From the human T2T-CHM13v2.0 reference genome, Homo sapiens: DNA of 64,000 nt. The stretch lies in assembly GCF_009914755.1 (NCBI RefSeq), contig NC_060944.1. One strand, 5' to 3'. Both the position numbers and the translations under genes were made by a program. Positions 60,951 to 64,000 of this stretch are shown piece by piece (the stretch's first letter is position 1; each line of letters opens with the position of its first letter). The notes below the pieces were generated by a model. That model was not told where the DNA came from. It saw only the letters and a list, made by a program, of their open reading frames with translations, and ran no database searches.

Positions 60951-62442
60951 TTGGGAATGTCACAGGGAGGGCTGTCTGTGCAGCTGGGTGGGCCTCCGTC
61001 TCTGGGGCTTACTCTGCGTAGAGAGACTCGCTGCAGGATTTGACCACCCCACGTGCCTCGACATGTTTCTTTCTAGCTCTGTGACCTTGGAAAAGTTTCT
61101 TAACCTCTCTGTGCTTCAGTTCTATCCCTTGTAAATGGGGGTGACAAGAAAGTTCTTATGAAGGTCAACAGGGGTGCTCACCGAAGTATAGCTTTGTCTC
61201 ATTGTGCTCAGTGAGCGTTCTGGTTGCCGTGGTAATCAGCACTGTCACCCTCATCATCACTGTGGTTAAGGAGCATATAGGAACAAGGAAGCACTGGGCA
61301 TCCACCGCTCATCAAAATACTGCCTCACAGGCATGAAGCAAAGTTTAGCTCCCAGTTTGTCAATGTTCCGTAGCTGATTTGTGCTATTCCTCATTCCTCG
61401 GCCAATTCATCAGTGAGAGTGTTGATGTCCCTGCCGCTGCATAGGTACATCTGTTCTCCATCCGGACATGCAGTTACATGTGTTTGTGTAACTGGCTGTG
61501 GTTTTGCTTGCCTGCTTAGCAAGGGACAAGGGCAAGGGGAATTAATCACCGGGGTCTATGTGCCAGGACAGGCTGGCGGGGACCTTTGGGTTGGTCAGGA
61601 GAAACAAGCCTCAAGAAGGCCTCTCGATGGCACCTGCCATGAGCCACCCGTCCCAGACCAGGTTGGGTAACCCACGGCGCCCAGCCTCAGATTACTCTGC
61701 CCATTGGGATGACCCTGGGCAGGTGGTGGCACATCTGGGCCCTGGCTGCCTTTCGGTAGCTCACAGGTGATGTCAGTGACCCCCTTGTCAGGTTGTCCTG
61801 GGGGCGGATGAGACAACGCTCATGGAGGGCCTGGCCTGTGTGGGCACATGGCGCTCACGTGGTAGCCCTGCTGCCAAGGTTTTCTGAGGGTGTGTCCCAG
61901 CGGCAAAAGAAAAAAATCTGATATTTGTACATTATTTATTTATAAACTATACATTAGGGGTACCATGCTAATATACTGTGTACTTTATAAAATATACATG
62001 CAAGATAGTAATAAAAGGTGACCCGAGAGAGTGACTATGTACATATTAATATGTTCTAGCACAGCCTGCCCCACTGTGTCCTAGGAGTAAGGCCCTAGGA
62101 AGTATATTTCAGCAAGCACAGGGGGGTTCTAGTGCTGGTGCAGGAGTGAAAGAGTAAATCCTAGCCCCCACAATCCCATGAGTCAATTCCAGTCAGCTAG
62201 GCGGTACAAGAGTAAAGGGACATACGGGATTTCCCGGCTTTATAGATTTTTTTTAAAGCTTCTTAAGACACACCCTTGCTATGTATTCAGCAAGTACTAT
62301 ATGTCCCAATCTAGGCCTCAAGGATTCTAAGGAGAAACTAGACACAGTCTCCAACCCTCTAGGAGCTCATGACTGACCTTAAAAGCTGATGTTCACCATA
62401 AACTCAACAACGCAAAAGAGGGCTGGGTCGGGAGTTGAAATG

Positions 62443-63119
<677 letters not shown>

Positions 63120-64000
63120 AAATCCTAAGACAAATGTGTGACGCCAAGAATGTGGTGACACGGGCATTTGATGACATGGAGAACGTTACACGGAGAGAGG
63201 CAACACTCAGGCAGTTCCTGGTACTGTCTAAATGTAAAGAAAGCCTTCTTTGCAGGCTCCGGGATCCTTTCCCCAGTAGACATACTTGTAAAAAGTGAAT
63301 GCTAACGTGTTATTTGAATGCCATTTTAAGTGTGGGGAGGGTGTACTGAAAGGCTTCGTGCAGTGTATGCTTCTGTAAAGTGAAGAGCCACCTGCAGCGA
63401 GTGAGGACTCCCCCACAGTCGTCTCCATGGTGACTTCACAGAACAGCAGGCAGCCCCTGCCTTTTCTTGAAAGTTGGGGCTAGAGATTTGAAAGGCTGTG
63501 GAAACCCAGCCACTCCCTGCACTGACACCAGATGGCGCTGGAGATGCTCGCTGGGATGCAGGATGCTTGTGAGAACCTGGTCTCAGGACGACCTGGTGGG
63601 CGTCTTGCAGCGGAGGCAGGTCTGGCCCAGGGTGGTTCTGGCTGAGCACCAAGCAGCAGAGCTCTCAGAGTGGGAACGCACAGCCCCAGTGACAATCAGC
63701 TGAAACAGGGCTGCCCCCCGCCCCGCCCCACCCCGGCCCTTTTTTTTGTTTGAGCTATTATTTCCCATCAAGTACCTTGATAAGCACTTTTCATGCATTT
63801 TATTGCCTAAGTCCCTTGACAAGGTGATAAGACAGCTGCTATTACCGCTTTTTTTGTTTGTTTGTTTGTTAACAGTAGAGGAAAATGAGGCAAAGAGAGG
63901 GGATGAAACTTGCCCATTTTGAATCCAGGGCTTTCCAGCTCCACAGCACATGACTGTAGCCTACTGTTCGTCCAATGCGTAAGCACATCATAGGTGCCAG

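Overview
Human (or great-ape) genomic DNA lying entirely inside the neuronal gene PHACTR3 (scapinin, phosphatase and actin regulator 3), on the + strand. Six consecutive coding exons can be read directly, with GT-AG boundaries and consistent phases: 23373-23534, 28024-28101, 35472-35654, 47473-47682, 53566-53740 and 54530-54777 (1056 nt, 352 codons). They encode the basic NLS, the N-terminal RPEL motif and the Pro/Ser-rich middle region. The canonical first exon(s) and the C-terminal RPEL/PP1-binding exons are outside the window. The rest is intron, filled with Alu, MIR, L1, L2, THE1/MLT1 LTRs, MER DNA transposons and tandem repeats. There is no prokaryotic-type system and no credible novel gene; the other ORF-track entries look like noise. 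The best leads are RNA-processing hypotheses: (i) mirror-ordered inverted Alu/THE1 repeats around exon blocks 2-4 and 5-7, each of which would circularise into a stop-less ORF; (ii) a UG/UGCAUG tract with a candidate poison cryptic exon and an AG|GTGAGT recursive-splice motif; (iii) a YCAY cluster behind exon 5; (iv) a MIR-associated candidate first exon in frame with exon 2; (v) an out-of-frame ATG shadowing the short-isoform start. DNA-level oddities include a local duplication with a gene-conversion-like core, two twin-primed L1s and an L1-born minisatellite. Exon numbering and repeat subfamily calls come from memory of the protein and consensus sequences, not from a search.
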